A stretch of 51,492 bases of DNA, the filler included, from Sphacelaria rigidula (lineage: Eukaryota): the NCBI GenBank assembly GCA_964200075.2. It is 4 parts of 4 records of this genome, joined end to end, with 100 filler letters (N's around TTAATTAATTAA, not from the genome) between each part and the next. Parts side by side here need not be neighbours in the genome. Positions count along the whole stretch, not along the records: positions 12,901 to 25,699 come from CAXNAA020003409.1; positions 25,800 to 38,597 come from CAXNAA020003410.1; 2 more parts are not named here. One strand, 5' to 3'. Positions 24,051-36,723 of the stretch are shown here, piece by piece; position 1 is the first letter of the stretch; the number at the start of each line of letters is the position of its first letter. Made by a program: the position numbers and the translations under genes. The notes beneath the pieces were generated by a model that was not told the origin of the DNA, did not search any database, and worked only from the letters and a program-made list of their open reading frames with translations.

Positions 24051-24946
24051 TCCGTTTACCCACGTTACATCAAATGCGTATCTGACACACTAGAATGATT
24101 CCCCTTCCTTTCTATTTCACTCGGAAGGTGCGCATGACTATTGATCAGAGAAGAAACTTCTTCTCACTTTTTAACAGGTTGATTGATCCTCGTTTGGTGC
24201 TCTCTCTCATGGCTTGATCACCGACATCATGCTGAAACGAGCCGTAATTTCGTCATTTAACACACGATTTTTCCCCATCATATTGATGCCGTAATCCTAA
24301 ATGTCAACACGTTGTGACGGTGTCAACATGCTCCGCCAGGCACTTTCCCGTTGCCCACTTACTCGCTGCATCCCTACGTCCCAGGCGGCTATTCCTGCTG
24401 GCACCGTTCACCGTGCGTGCGGCGCTGCCTGCGCTGCAGCATTCGACTGTATTTACGCCGTGGCTACTCCTCTACCGTGGTGTAGTGCATGCACACTGCT
24501 ACTAACATGGAAGTTTCTTTCTACCCGCGTCGTAGCTTGGCAACAGTCCACGGCGTCTGAGCAGCCAGCTGGCAATGCTACGGTAGGGGTGCACTTTTTT
24601 TCGCAAACTCGTGTCTGGTTCGATGACTCATGATGATTCAGGATTTGCAACAGTGTGGGTCAGGGCATCCCCCTTTGGAAATTCCGTCGGGATATCCCCA
24701 ACACATTGGAATAGTTATCCTGGCGCACTGTCACATATTTCATAAGTCATATTTTCGAAGAGACAAAGGGCTCCTGAACAGTTTAACCTCAGAAAATATA
24801 TGTGCGCCCCTACCGTAGCATCACTCCAGCGGCAATCCAGCTGCTATTACTGTATAGTATAATAGTCGTAGACCAGGTACGGTGGCTCAGTTGGTAACCC
24901 CCTTTATTTTTGACGCCAGTCTACACCTTCCGGTACATGTGGGCGC

Positions 24947-25232
24947 ATCAGCCGGGGTCACACAAAAGGAAGGCCAACACAGGAGCCTTTTCTTTTTTCT
25001 CTTTGTTTGAGTAATCTACTCTCCTTCGCGGTGCTTGCCTTATTTTTAAACGCGAGAGTGCTTCAGCGGTCCTTTTCCCTCGTCGATCGTGAACTCGATT
25101 TCTTGTGTACCCACGACATGACCGCTCTCCACTGTTGAGCGTGGATCGAGAAAAAAATCCCAGATCGCTCCGAGACTTGAGACTTGAACCCACGACCCAA
25201 CCGTCAAAATGTTTCGAGGTTATCAACCGACC
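24947..25232 (-). mobile_element. tRNA-derived SINE
   Basis: On the minus strand a tRNA-like head GGTTGATAACCTCG...GGGTCGTGGGTTCAAGTC (B-box) precedes a ~230-bp non-tRNA body. A related A-box fragment GGTGGCTCAGTTGGTAACC lies on the + strand at ~24880. Confidence 0.65.
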
Positions 25233-25699
25233 ATAAAAAGCAGCTGGGAATTCCCACGCTTGGGTTTGTTTTCTCCAATGTCGCCCATATGCGGCTCCTC
25301 ATATGAGGCGCTGCATGCAGCCTGAAACCAAACATCAGGCACTGTATGACCCCTTTCTTCGTGACAATTTTATGCTGCTTTTTTGTTTTTTTTGGGGGGG
25401 GGTATGGCAGAAAGTGTCAACAACAGACAGGGTGTAACCCCAGGAAGGTATCGGGATATATGAGGGGCTTCATCAAAACAGCACAAAAACCACAGCCCCT
25501 CGTCCCTGGCATCTACCCCGGTGCGACCACGACAAGAATCATCATGGAAAAAATGAGGGTTTTCGTTTTTATGACTACTGTACTAAAATCCAGTTGCTTG
25601 GGGGGTACGGCTGGGGGTTTCAGTTGGTGATAAGGGCTGAATCTTGTACTCAGCGCGCGGGTCTGTATGAAATAGAGGTCGTGGACCTGTGTTGTTGTT

Positions 25700-25799
25700 N
25701 NNNNNNNNNNNNNNNNNNNNNNNNNNNNNNNNNNNNNNNNNNNTTAATTAATTAANNNNNNNNNNNNNNNNNNNNNNNNNNNNNNNNNNNNNNNNNNNN
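25700..25799. other. Assembly gap with artificial TTAATTAATTAA spacer
   Basis: 100-nt N block with linker. Confidence 0.98.
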
Positions 25800-25809
25800 C
25801 CTCTTGTTT

Positions 25810-26082
25810 TCCTTTTTGTTGCTTTAGGTCGGCCATTTCTTTCTGTGCTTTGCTTGTGTTGACTTTTTATTACTTTTTTTGTCACGACTTAGTCCGATAT
25901 GTCGTTCTGTTCGACCACTCTCATTTTTTTCTTTTTCCTGTTCCTATTTTTTTCTGCTTCTGTTCCTTTTTTTTTTCTTAGAGCGTGTTTGAGTTTCGTT
26001 TTTCTTGAGTACGTCTATCATGAGAGCACGGCTGGACCCCGGGGGGGGTCAGTTAAAGTGCGACAATCAAAAAAATCAATCA
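25810..26082 (+). repeat. Dispersed repeat copy 1 (non-LTR retroelement 3' end with (CAAT)n-like tail)
   Basis: Aligns by eye with 44733-44962: AGGTCGGCCATTTCTTTCTGTGCTTTGCT...ACGACTTAGTC...CACGGCTGGACCCC.GGGGGGTCAG.TAAAGTGCG.CAATCAA. Confidence 0.85.
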
Positions 26083-27577
26083 TGACGGTGCTGAAGAGAC
26101 ATAGAGTAGTCCAAACAGATATGATGCTTTTCACTCTAAAACGACCTTTGACGAATGTGCGGTATACTCAAATACAAACGAAAGAGTACACGACTACAGG
26201 GTGCCGTTGCACGCAATGATGACGTTCGTGCCAACAAATGGTGTTTGCGTAGATAGCACTGGAACGCCTAGCTCATGAACAATCCTAAAAACCTTTTCCG
26301 GGGAGGGCGTTGAAACACTTATTTCATAAAAGTACGAGTGGACGCACCCCATTACCATAGCATACCGAGCGAGCGGTGCAAGCTTTCGAACTTCATCCCC
26401 TGTCAGTCGAACGATTCATCAGAGCTATCCACGAGGGTGCGTTTAAGATACCGCAGTCGATTCGGATACGCTGTTGTTTCTTGCTGTCCAGTAGCACCCC
26501 ATAATCGCAAGTAATCGGAACTCTCGATTATGCGGGGTGGGGGGAAATAAGATCACACACCCCAATCCATGGGGGGACAGGGGCGTTTATGTCCGTTCAT
26601 CCGACTTATGGATACATATTATGAAACAAGCACTCGCGAAATCACAACCCCCTCGCCCCCTCCCCCTCCCCCTCCCCCCCCTTGCCTCTCCCCCGAAAAA
26701 TTCTAGCCCATTCATCCCGTGCGGGACCTGGAGCTGCAAGCATGCGGCTGATCTGTTCGGAAACTGTAGGTGGCACAGACAGGGCATGGCGCGGCCCTCG
26801 ATTCAGAATCCTTCCACTCGCAATTGCTCAGGGAGAGAAACCTCGCATTGCTCGGGAATTACAACGTGCACATCGCTCTGAACAAAATCTCAGCAAAATG
26901 TCTTCCAATCAAAGAAGTGCCTACAGCGTGGTACGCCACAAGTTCCAATATCATCGCGGGAGGGGGGCGGGGGTCAAAAACTTTGAAGGTGGATGGGGGT
27001 GCTGTGAGGTGCGGCTCCAGCTCAGTCCTCAAGGTGCATGGAATGCTCAGTGGTTGCGGTTTATTTTTTCGGTTGTATATATCTCCAGTATGCTCAAACA
27101 CTGAGTATTGCCGGCAGTCACTACCTCTCTTCTTTCCTTCCTTTTTTTCTCTCGCCATGCCCCCAACTCCCTCCCCTTCCTCAGGAGTAGCCCGTAGTCT
27201 CAAGGGAATGATCAGTCCACCCGTCCCACCTCCCCGGTGATATACCTGACATTTCGGTATAGAATCGTAGATCGAATCATCTGCACCCTCGAACCGCGTC
27301 GACTTTCGTCAGGTTTTGTGTGTTTCCCACGTCCTCGCGGATTCAGTGACGGAACACGTATCCCTCCTCACAATAAAATAAACGTATCTGCCAGGGCCAG
27401 AGCCCTCAACTTTACCCTAGTCGTATCAGATACACCGCCGGGAGTCGGCGGTGGTTAAATGGATACCCCGCAGAGTATCCTGCTGTGCGATACGCCACCC
27501 TAACCATCCCTAATAGTCTGACATCAAAATAAACACGGCTTTACTCTGCCAAACCACGGTGGCCCGCAAAGCCTCGC

Positions 27578-30500
27578 TCACCCCGCGGCGACGACTGCTC
27601 TGTCCTGCTGCTGCACCAATCCCTCCAGCTGCGTCCGGAACCTCTTTCGCCACTCCGCCTTCTTGCCGTCGGCATCGCGGGCGAACTGCTTGGGCAGCAC
27701 GCACCAGATGGCTCGCATCTCCACCACATCCATGCCCTCCAGCTGCGTGAACGCGGCCGCACCCTCGCCCGTGAGGAAGTTCGACGTCTCCACGTCTTCC
27801 GGCGCACTCACGAGCCAGTGCAACGGACGGCACTCCCGAAGCCGCACGGATAGATCCGAGGGGTAAAACATTCTCCTCTTCACCGAACCGCCTCCATTAC
27901 TCGCGCTATGCCCCACCTCTTCATCTATCCCACTCCCCACTCCTTCACCCTCTGCTCCGCTGCAGCTTCTGGCCGCCGCCGCCGCCTGGATATCGGCGGC
28001 CTTCATATCCCAAACGGCCTCGGGCAACAGCCTCCGCATCTCTCTCAGTGCCGCAAGATTTGCCTCCCGGTTGGCCTCGCTCCATGCTTTCTCGCGTGCC
28101 GCTTCCTCCGCCGCGAACTCCGGCGCGGAAGACCGGCGACGCTGCCACGCCTCCACCTTCTCCGACACACGGAACACGTTACACACACGTTGATACATAT
28201 GCGTGTTGACGCTTGGCTCGTTCAGTACGGTATTGCAGGAACTTCCGAGCATAGTATCACACTAGTCATGCATACTTCATGCCCTGAGATTTCTACGCTT
28301 GCGTACAGCGCAGTCCTTTGTGCCATATCTATGCATACCAGTGACCACAACTGGATTCGTAGAGGATTAGTAGCAGAAATGCAAGAACATGTATGTGAAT
28401 CGACCGACTCGTACATCACTTGATAATATCTTGGAGCGAACAGGACACCCCGGGTACAACCGAATACAATGTATACTGTACATGGAATATCCACGCAAAT
28501 ACTGGTACACTTGCAGTTCTTAGCTGGCAAGCAACTGCGGGTTCTAACCACCTGACCAACCGCTGCCTTACCATCGATCCATACATCATTTGATCACATC
28601 TTGAAGAGAATAGGACACCCCGCCTACAATCGAATACAATGCTATACTGTACATGGAATATCCACGCAAATGCTGGCACACTCGCAGTTTTCAGCTGGCA
28701 AGTAATTTTGAATTCCAATCACCTGGCCAACCGCTGCCTCCACCTTCGGTGCCAACGCACGCAGGTCTCGCTCCGCCGCGTCCCCTCTGGCGGAGAGCGC
28801 CTGAGCTTCCTCGGAGATCTCGCGGGCCACCGCAGGCCTGTCTACCTCAGATCCCGTGCGGGCGGTCGCCGCGACGGCCTCCGCCAGTCGAGCCATGCGT
28901 TCAGCCGCCGCTCGGATATACGCGGCCGCAACATCGGCCGGCCACAGAACATTGCTACCGGCGGCGCCACCGCTAGAGCTCGAACTCGAGTTGGAAAAAG
29001 TGGCCGTACCGATGTTGAATGATGGCGCTTCCGACGATCCGATCTTTTGAAGGTTGGTAGTCGCGGCACCGGCTGCTCCGGGGGTCTTGAGTGTCGCGAG
29101 TACAGCGTCGGCAGACTTCTTTATGCGGGTTAGTGCACGATCATTCAGAGCTCCCGAAGAGACTGCGCGTCCGAGCGCCGTTGCGAACGACGATGTGGCG
29201 TCGTCTCCGCCGGATCCCCTCCCCGTGAAGCGGGCTCGAGCGATCTGCAGCTGACCCTGGAAATGGCAAAGGGGAACGAAAGGAAGAGGCGATAGAGTGC
29301 GGATAATGACGTCAGCCCTGTGAATGCGAAATACTCTATTATAGTGATTATCCCTGGAGTACTCTCAATGTGTGCCAATACCAACGCTTGTGACGTGTTG
29401 ACACGTAGGAAATCCCCTGCAGCAGTAAAGATCCCCGAGTATTTGACGTGAAGGAGTTGAGGTGTGAGCGTGTCTGCTCGGAGCTTTTGTGAGGCTTCTT
29501 GCCTTAGCCCTTTTGGCACCGGACTCCCACTAACCAGGGTTAACCCCCGGTTTGCAAGCAGGGGCCATTCGTATATTGGCATCATCTGCAGCCGCAAAAC
29601 GGCTGAAAATGATGCCGATTCACGAAAGGCCCTCACCCCCGGTTTCTCCAATCCGGTCCCAACAGGGTTAATCGGGCTTGGGATACCATGGTGTGTCCGA
29701 TAGGAACTTTCGGTGGTAAGCTCCGGGCCTGGCTTGTTTCGAAATGCAGACGTCGTATGAGTACATGCCACCGAGGCCTCCTGTTACGCACCCCAAGGAG
29801 GGCGTTGAGGAGGACAAAGCAGCCGATACATCCGCGCTGCAAGAACACGAGGGTCAGTCAGCACATGGTACTCGTAATCTTCGTGAGCCGTACTGTAAAG
29901 TGCATACTTAACCAGGTACAAAAGGGATATGCTCCTCGGGCCGCAGAACAACAGAATCTAAACTTGGGATCGAGACGGAATGGAAGCCGGAAATACACAC
30001 GCGTTCGCCCATGTACAAGGATGTTTCACTCCTCGAACAATCGACCGTTTCTCAACAGCAACAGTGTTGCGATACCGCAGATAGAGTTTACATGGGGGTC
30101 ACGGTGGCGAACACCCTCTCCTGACGCGCTAGGGTCGACCTCCCGCTGCTCGTACTTCATCATCTGGGAGCTCGTCCCAAGTCGTAACGCAGGCACCGTG
30201 GCGACTCTCAGTTGTACAAGAGCTCAATGAGAACTTGAAGCCTAGCGAGCGATGGTATCGTAGTAGATATACTGTCGACCAGAAAAGACCCAGAACACGT
30301 GAGAAATAGACCAACTCTACGCATTGACCTGGCGCCACAGGAGCCGCTCGTAGGAAGTCTCCGCCCTCTCCAGCGCTGCCGACGCGATGCGGTAGGCGTT
30401 TGCCTCGGGTTTGGCGGTCTCCATTCGCCACGTCAGCTCCTCGTCGGACAGCCCGGTGGCAGCCTTCAGCAACGCCACCTTAACGCGAGCCGAGAGAGAT

Positions 30501-31613
30501 ACAGAGGGTATGTGCTCGGCTTAGCCAAGACCCGGGCTCTGTCGCCCCACGTACCGCGGGTACTTGCTGAAAGTGTTTATTCGGGGCGAGCATCGACGCG
30601 TTACCTACGACCAATGATTCTTCTACCGGTATTATCTTGTTTCGAACGGGTCGCGGTCCCCTCACAACACCCACAATCCTCACAACACAAGCGCGCACTA
30701 GTCAACATTACATATCCAACTCCGGATACACGCATCGCAAACAGATCCCCCAGACACACCTGTTCTTGCAAGCTCTCGACATCTCCACTCCCCCGCCCCG
30801 CCCCGACACCACCGGCGCCACCATTACCACCACCACCACCTCCTCCTCTGCGCGTCCCGCGCCCTTTAAGCTTAGCCATTATCGCTTCCGCCGCTGCCCT
30901 GTCATCATCCGCACTCGCAGCTCCCACCACACCGCCAGCCTCATTCCGCCCTCTCCTCGCCGTCGGTCCTGACCGCCCGCCAGCATGGCCTTCTGTCCTC
31001 GCCGTTGCTCCCGCCGCCGCCAGCATAGCATGGCCCCTCGAGGATACGGGCGCACGGAGCTTTCCGGACCAGCCCGTAGTATCGGCGGCCGATTCGACCT
31101 TGGCCGCCGCCGCAGCCGTCAGAGCCGCTACACCACGGCCGGAGGCGGCGGCGGCTCTGGCGGCGGCGGCGCTTCTTCTTGAAGATGCGGACAACGTCGG
31201 CGGGCGCATGATGGCCCCACCAGGAGCGGTTCGCCCCCGGAAGCCTATGTCCCCCGGGCGCATCGTGGGAGGCGGCGGAGGCGGCTTTGGTTTGGAGGAC
31301 AGGGAACGGGCAGCAGCGGTACGCTTGCCGCCGTTGCTCTTGTTGTTGGATTGCTCGGGTGGCGCGGTGGGAGACGTGCACCCGGCAGCTTTTGCCGTGG
31401 CTGGGTCACCATCTGCAGCATCGCCTTCACCTCCGTACTGCCCTCGGGGTATAACAGCCCCTAGGTCTTTCCCACCTCCCCTCGCTCGTTTTGGAGCCGA
31501 TTCCTCTGGCGGAATCGGCACGTATTTCATCGTCAACGCCGCTTGCCGCCCCAGCTCCCGAAATTTTGACAGGGGCCTCTTACCGAGCGACGGTGGCGGC
31601 GTTCCGATAGGAT
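27578..31613 (-). CDS. Spliced hypothetical protein (partial). Probable exons 31613-30760, 30478-30329, 29836-29792, 29256-28723, 28156-~27580
   Basis: GC-rich open frames with phase-0 GT-AG junctions. The last exon has a globular-looking segment LHWLVSAPEDVETSNFLTGEGAAAFTQLEGMDVVEMRAIWCVLPKQFARDADGKKAEWRKRF. The 5' exons were not found, and the TGA at 27578 overlaps a GTGAGC donor so the gene may continue. Confidence 0.75.
28399..28745. repeat. ~171-bp tandem duplication including an exon end and splice donor
   Basis: AGGACACCCC, GAATACAATG, TATACTGTACATGGAATATCCACGCAAAT, AGCTGGCAAG and CACCTG.CCAACCGCTGCCT each occur twice, about 171 bp apart. Confidence 0.92.
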
Positions 31614-34600
31614 CTGCGTTAATAAACAAAAACGGAATATGCCAGCACCATTTCAGATCACATCAGGAAGAAAGTGTGCATGCATATTGAGACGTGGTGG
31701 TCAGGGAAATGGACAGTAGTTAAAGCGGGGCAACAGCACTATTCATCGAACGAACGCCCTCCAAACGAATGCCGGGAATCTTCGAACGCGCAAGCGAACT
31801 GAGTGTCTCAAACACCTGCCTTTCTTGCCGCGGCACGAAATTCCTATTCTTCCTTTATTCCGTATGTTTCAAGGGTCGGACGAATTGATGATTCGTCTGG
31901 AAATTACTTCATTTTAGTGTAACTGATTCGCACCGTAATCACCTCTCGATTGCTATCATACCCGCACAAAAACTTCCTAGGGCCGACGCTCGTAATAGTA
32001 GGGCGGCGAGTTCACTGCGCCAATTCGACGGGAGGTTTAGGTGGGTTCAACTCTCACACAACCTTGGGCACGGCTTTCCAAAAGCTCGAGGCGCCTACCC
32101 CACATGACTGCCCTGAGACGGTCTAGTCGGGCCTCCGGGTAGTAGTCGGCACACGAAACCGCGCGCGGAGTGAGTGTTGAGTGAGGTTTCCTCCTTCCTT
32201 CAAGGTAAAAAAGAAAAAGTCAAACGTCAGCCGAAAGGTGTGGTATCAAATTGCCAAAATCGGCCAAAATCGGCCCATTTTGGACCAGAAACTGTGTCAA
32301 AAATATGTACTTATCTTCCTCTCGCCAGCTTCGTCTTCGTTTCATCTTCTTGTAACGAATCCAACTACGCTGCCGTCATCTACATCAATAAAAAAATAGA
32401 GATCCGCACCCTAAAACCAAGTCAACGTATGGGACGGGGATATGCAATATGCATTATACCGCAATACAGTACACCGTACAAGTAAATTGTAAGTATGCAT
32501 CGGTCGATGCGAGCGTGCCAGCAACGGTCATACTCCAAACAGCATTCGTCAAAACCCTCACCATGGAAGAGATACGCCCCCAAGCTCCGCCGCCGGGCGT
32601 CCGTTACAAGGCAGCTACGCTTCGCGCGGCGAATCACCCTCGCTTGCCCCCCTATTATCTTCCGGTTCCGTTTCGCCGCAGCCGCCGCTCGCTTACGGAG
32701 GATGCGTGTCCTCGCGGCTTTGCGCATGGCTTGCTTTTTCCTCTCCGCCTATTTCGGGCGAAACGGTAATGGATGCAAAGCAGCGATGACACGACGATGA
32801 TTTTTTTTTCCCGAAACCCATGTATAGAGCGTGTAAAAAAGAACAGAAAGAATGAGTATTGTAACATATTGCGAGTGCTGCGCTGGGTCGCGGCAGGGGA
32901 GCTTCGACATGAGTACCTTTATTATTATTGTGTACACATGCGCATAATGGAATACGACTGATTCGGAAACGCGGGGGACGAATCTGGCTCGAGTCATAGC
33001 AACGAATTAAGGAACGCTCCGAGGAATCCGGCACTAGTCGTCACGACTAGATGTTAGGCCGCTTCTCATAGTCTGAGAAAAAAATGCTGAAAACAGTCAT
33101 TTTGGTCAGTTTCTAGAGATTTTCACCAGGAAGCGACCATAAAGGGCCATATTTCATGAACAAGCTCCCTGGAAATTGCGAGATTTTTTCAGTCGGCGAG
33201 ATTTCGCCAAATCTGGCCGAGAAAAGCGTTCAGTTTTCAATGAGATCGAACTGTCTGAAAAGTGGCGCTCAATCCACTCCTCACATACCAGTGTGTAGTA
33301 CAGTCAGTACAGAGGTAGCTATCCATGTTGTACGTACAGGTACCGCAGTAGCAGCATAGCTGCTGCAGCACTCCGTGCATCCCTCTTTATGACCGTAGAA
33401 CCAGGGACGGGCAGTACAGTATTTGTTCGCCGGCTGCGTTACTGCTATAAAACAGCACGGTATCGCCCCTACTGGGTGTATTGACTGCCCGTATCGTTTC
33501 ACACTCGTCGTGCCCACCACCGATGGTAAATTCTGTAGTATTCTGGGTTTCGAGACTGTTGCTACTCGTATCGCACTGCTGATTGTCACGTGAATTCCTC
33601 GTGTGCAGTATGGCACAAATCGTACTGCTGTGTACTGCATTGCTTGCGACACTAATCTGTACCAAGCGGCAGTTGGTTGCAGGAAGGGCTGATACGCCTG
33701 TCGTTTTGACTCGTTATACCAGCAGCTACTCTGTGTGTGCTGTGTTACCATCCCATCTATTCTGTACCTCGAGGAAATAATGTGTTACTTCACCGGAGGT
33801 GGCACAGGCACAGTGTGCAAATGATGACCACTACCATCGTCTTCACGCAGGCTAGATGATGACCTTGGGTGTACAAGCCCCAAGGATTTTGTCTTCGGCT
33901 AAAAGGTGGGCTTTGAAAACTAAATTATCTGGAAAAAGTTACCAAGAAAAAGTTGCTCGCCCGATCTCTTTTCATCGAATTTTCTCGGTTTCTAAGAAGC
34001 GGCCTTATTCCGGAAAATGGACCGAGTCTGAGCTTAGCTATCCTGACTAACGGGAGAGAAAATGCCTTGACTTTCATAGTTTCTTCTTTGGTGAAACGGG
34101 CCGATAATTGAGCCCGCCTTTTTTTTTCGCTTTTCTGCAGTTCACGTGAAAGACCAGATGAGCCAAGATGTTGTATGATTCCAAACACTCCGCTCGTGCC
34201 GTGCGGATTTTACTCTTCCTATTGGGTCCAAAGAGAATCATGTAAACTTTTGCCCGGTTCAAATATGGTGGGATCTGATTTTTTTCTGTGGAGCCAATTA
34301 TGTGTATTTCTTTCTGTACCGCGCGGGGTGGATCCGGCGACACGAAATTACACTATCGAAGAACATACGACAGTACTACTGAATCTGCGCAATACATGCC
34401 GTTAGAATTGTGACATGCCCGGTCCGGAAAGGAAAAAAAAACACTGGCTGACTAACGGTGATGCATGTCAAAATATTTATGGGCCCAATTAGTCGCGCTA
34501 CGGTAGAGGGAGCACTTTTTGGCCGAAACTTGTCTGCGGTATTTTCACGTTGTGAAACAAAACAATGCCGTTCTTCATGTTTACGATGTTTTGCCTGGGA

Positions 34601-35420
34601 GAGCATCGCGTCACCTTCAGACGCAACTTCATCCTAAGTGCACTAGTCTGAGTGCGCGAGAGTCTTTATCTTGACTCCGGTATGCCGGCCCAGAACATTT
34701 TTGTGCACCCCAACCGCAGCAACGACTCCAACCCATGTCAAGGAGATATCATATCGTGAAATGCCTTCGATCTCGATCGATAGTTATGTTGGATAACAAA
34801 TCGACGTGAAATGGAAACAGCTCTACGGTAAGGGCTTGCCTCGATATTCTAAGTCACACTTCAAAGAAGATCACGAGCGCAGTTGGAACACGTCACGGTT
34901 GTGCTTCAGCGGTGGGTCCGGTTGTAAAACGTCAAAATCAGCCAATCAATTCACCAATCGATAATAATATGCTGCGTGTTACGCGTCTTGTACGCGGACA
35001 CCTCAGGCGGTGAGCGTTGGGGCACGAAGTCTCGTCGATAAAAACATAACATTTTGCATTCGCGCGGCAGTTTAGGAGGCATCGCGATACGAATCGTACA
35101 GAATCGCTGCAGCAGCGTAGGGCGTATCGCGTTTACGAGCATATCTAACCACGGTCCTCCGATCGCTTTGCTGAGCATATGCTGGATCGAATCCACACAA
35201 CGGCAAGTGGCGCATGTGTGGATCCTCTCAACGCCATCTCCCTCTTGACGGAACCTCTACATTTCTACCAAACACGTTTTTATCTGCCGAACCTAGTGTA
35301 TGTAGAAGTGCACGACGTTTCTGTGTTGGCTGCTGTGTCACACCCTTTGCATAAGCTCCTCCGGCTACTACGTTTATGTTCCCCTTCGAGCAAATAGATA
35401 AACAGATTGCCGGTTGGCGC

Positions 35421-35948
35421 TAGGCTTTCGCTCTTTAATAGCATTTTCATATGCGTTTTATTTCATTTTTTTATGCTCAAAGGTGAGAATTATGCGCGAC
35501 TTATGCGCCTTTTTCGCGTCTTTCTTGAGGCGGTTCCTGGCGGCATCCATCATGGAACGTACCTTCTAGCAAAAAAAAAAAAAACGCATAAAAAGCAAAC
35601 GTCTGATGTGAAATATGACACATTCACTTTTTCATCAGTTTCGTACAAACATAAAGTAGTTTATATACAGCACAATAACCGATGTCAGACCCGCAACACA
35701 GTTGAAAATAAAAAAAATCGAACACAAACGCCACGACTCGACGAGCCACGCGACATGGAGCACCCGTGGGCAGCTACTAGCTGCTGGGCATGGGGTGCAT
35801 CTATGCACCAAGTTATGCGTAAAACTTAGCTTTTATGCCTGTGTTATGCTGGAATCTCCAAAACATCTGTTTTAAAAAAAACGCATAAGGCTATGCGCAA
35901 AACCCCGTTTTATGCGAAATTATATGTGCGCATAAAAGCAGAAGTCTA
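35421..35948. mobile_element. hAT-superfamily MITE (528 bp) with 8-bp TSD
   Basis: Perfect flanking duplication GTTGGCGC (35413-35420 and 35949-35956). Termini TAG...CTA with imperfect TIRs, and many subterminal TTATGC/GCATAA motifs. Confidence 0.88.
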
Positions 35949-36723
35949 GTTGGCGCAGATACATTTTTTCCCGCTCTTCCCGGGGGGGAAAGGGGGGGGT
36001 TGCATTGAACGATCGCAAGGGGATAAAGAGAAGACGTACTTCGATAAAACATAAACATACAAGTACAGTATGTCTCTTCTTTGATGAGACACGGTGTAAG
36101 GTCTCCTCTTGCGGCATACAGGTACAAACACCTGGAAAACTGCCTTTTTCTTACCTTTTGCGCCGTTTTACGCCCTAAACGATGGTTAGACGGATGTTAA
36201 CACCTTGGAATGCTTGAATGCTTTGCTATGCTCGTTGGGACGATTCTAGTACACATTTGTGTTTTCCAGTGCCCGCAGTTTTTCTTGGGTCAAACTTGTA
36301 TTTGTCTCGGAGACCGATCAGGCTCAGAAAAAACTTCTCAAGTTTTTCTCGACTTGACTGGTCAGTGTGTGTGTGTGTGTGTTGTCATCCTTTGCCATAT
36401 TATACAAGCAATAGAAGCCGAATCTACGTGATGCTGTGTGTCGCGCTCTCGGTGATTCGCTGTGAATGAACATATTGTTTGGGGCAAAACAATTGTCATG
36501 ATTGCTCGATGCGGTGACCTGGTTCACAGCCGCAGTATATGTCGTTCGAACGCCATGTACTGGCACGTAGTATAATACTCACGCTTTGTCTGTACAGTAC
36601 TGACTGCGACTGTTGTACGTGCTGTAGTGCACTGTACTCTTGGTGATCTCGGAACCGTTTCCCCCTCTCGGTATCCCAAGCGTACATGCACGAACAGCGA
36701 AACGGTTTTTCACCGCCACTCAC

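Noticed and set aside
30299-31690. 463-aa + strand ORF
   Set aside because: Antisense shadow of the GC-rich minus-strand exons, which have proper splice signals.
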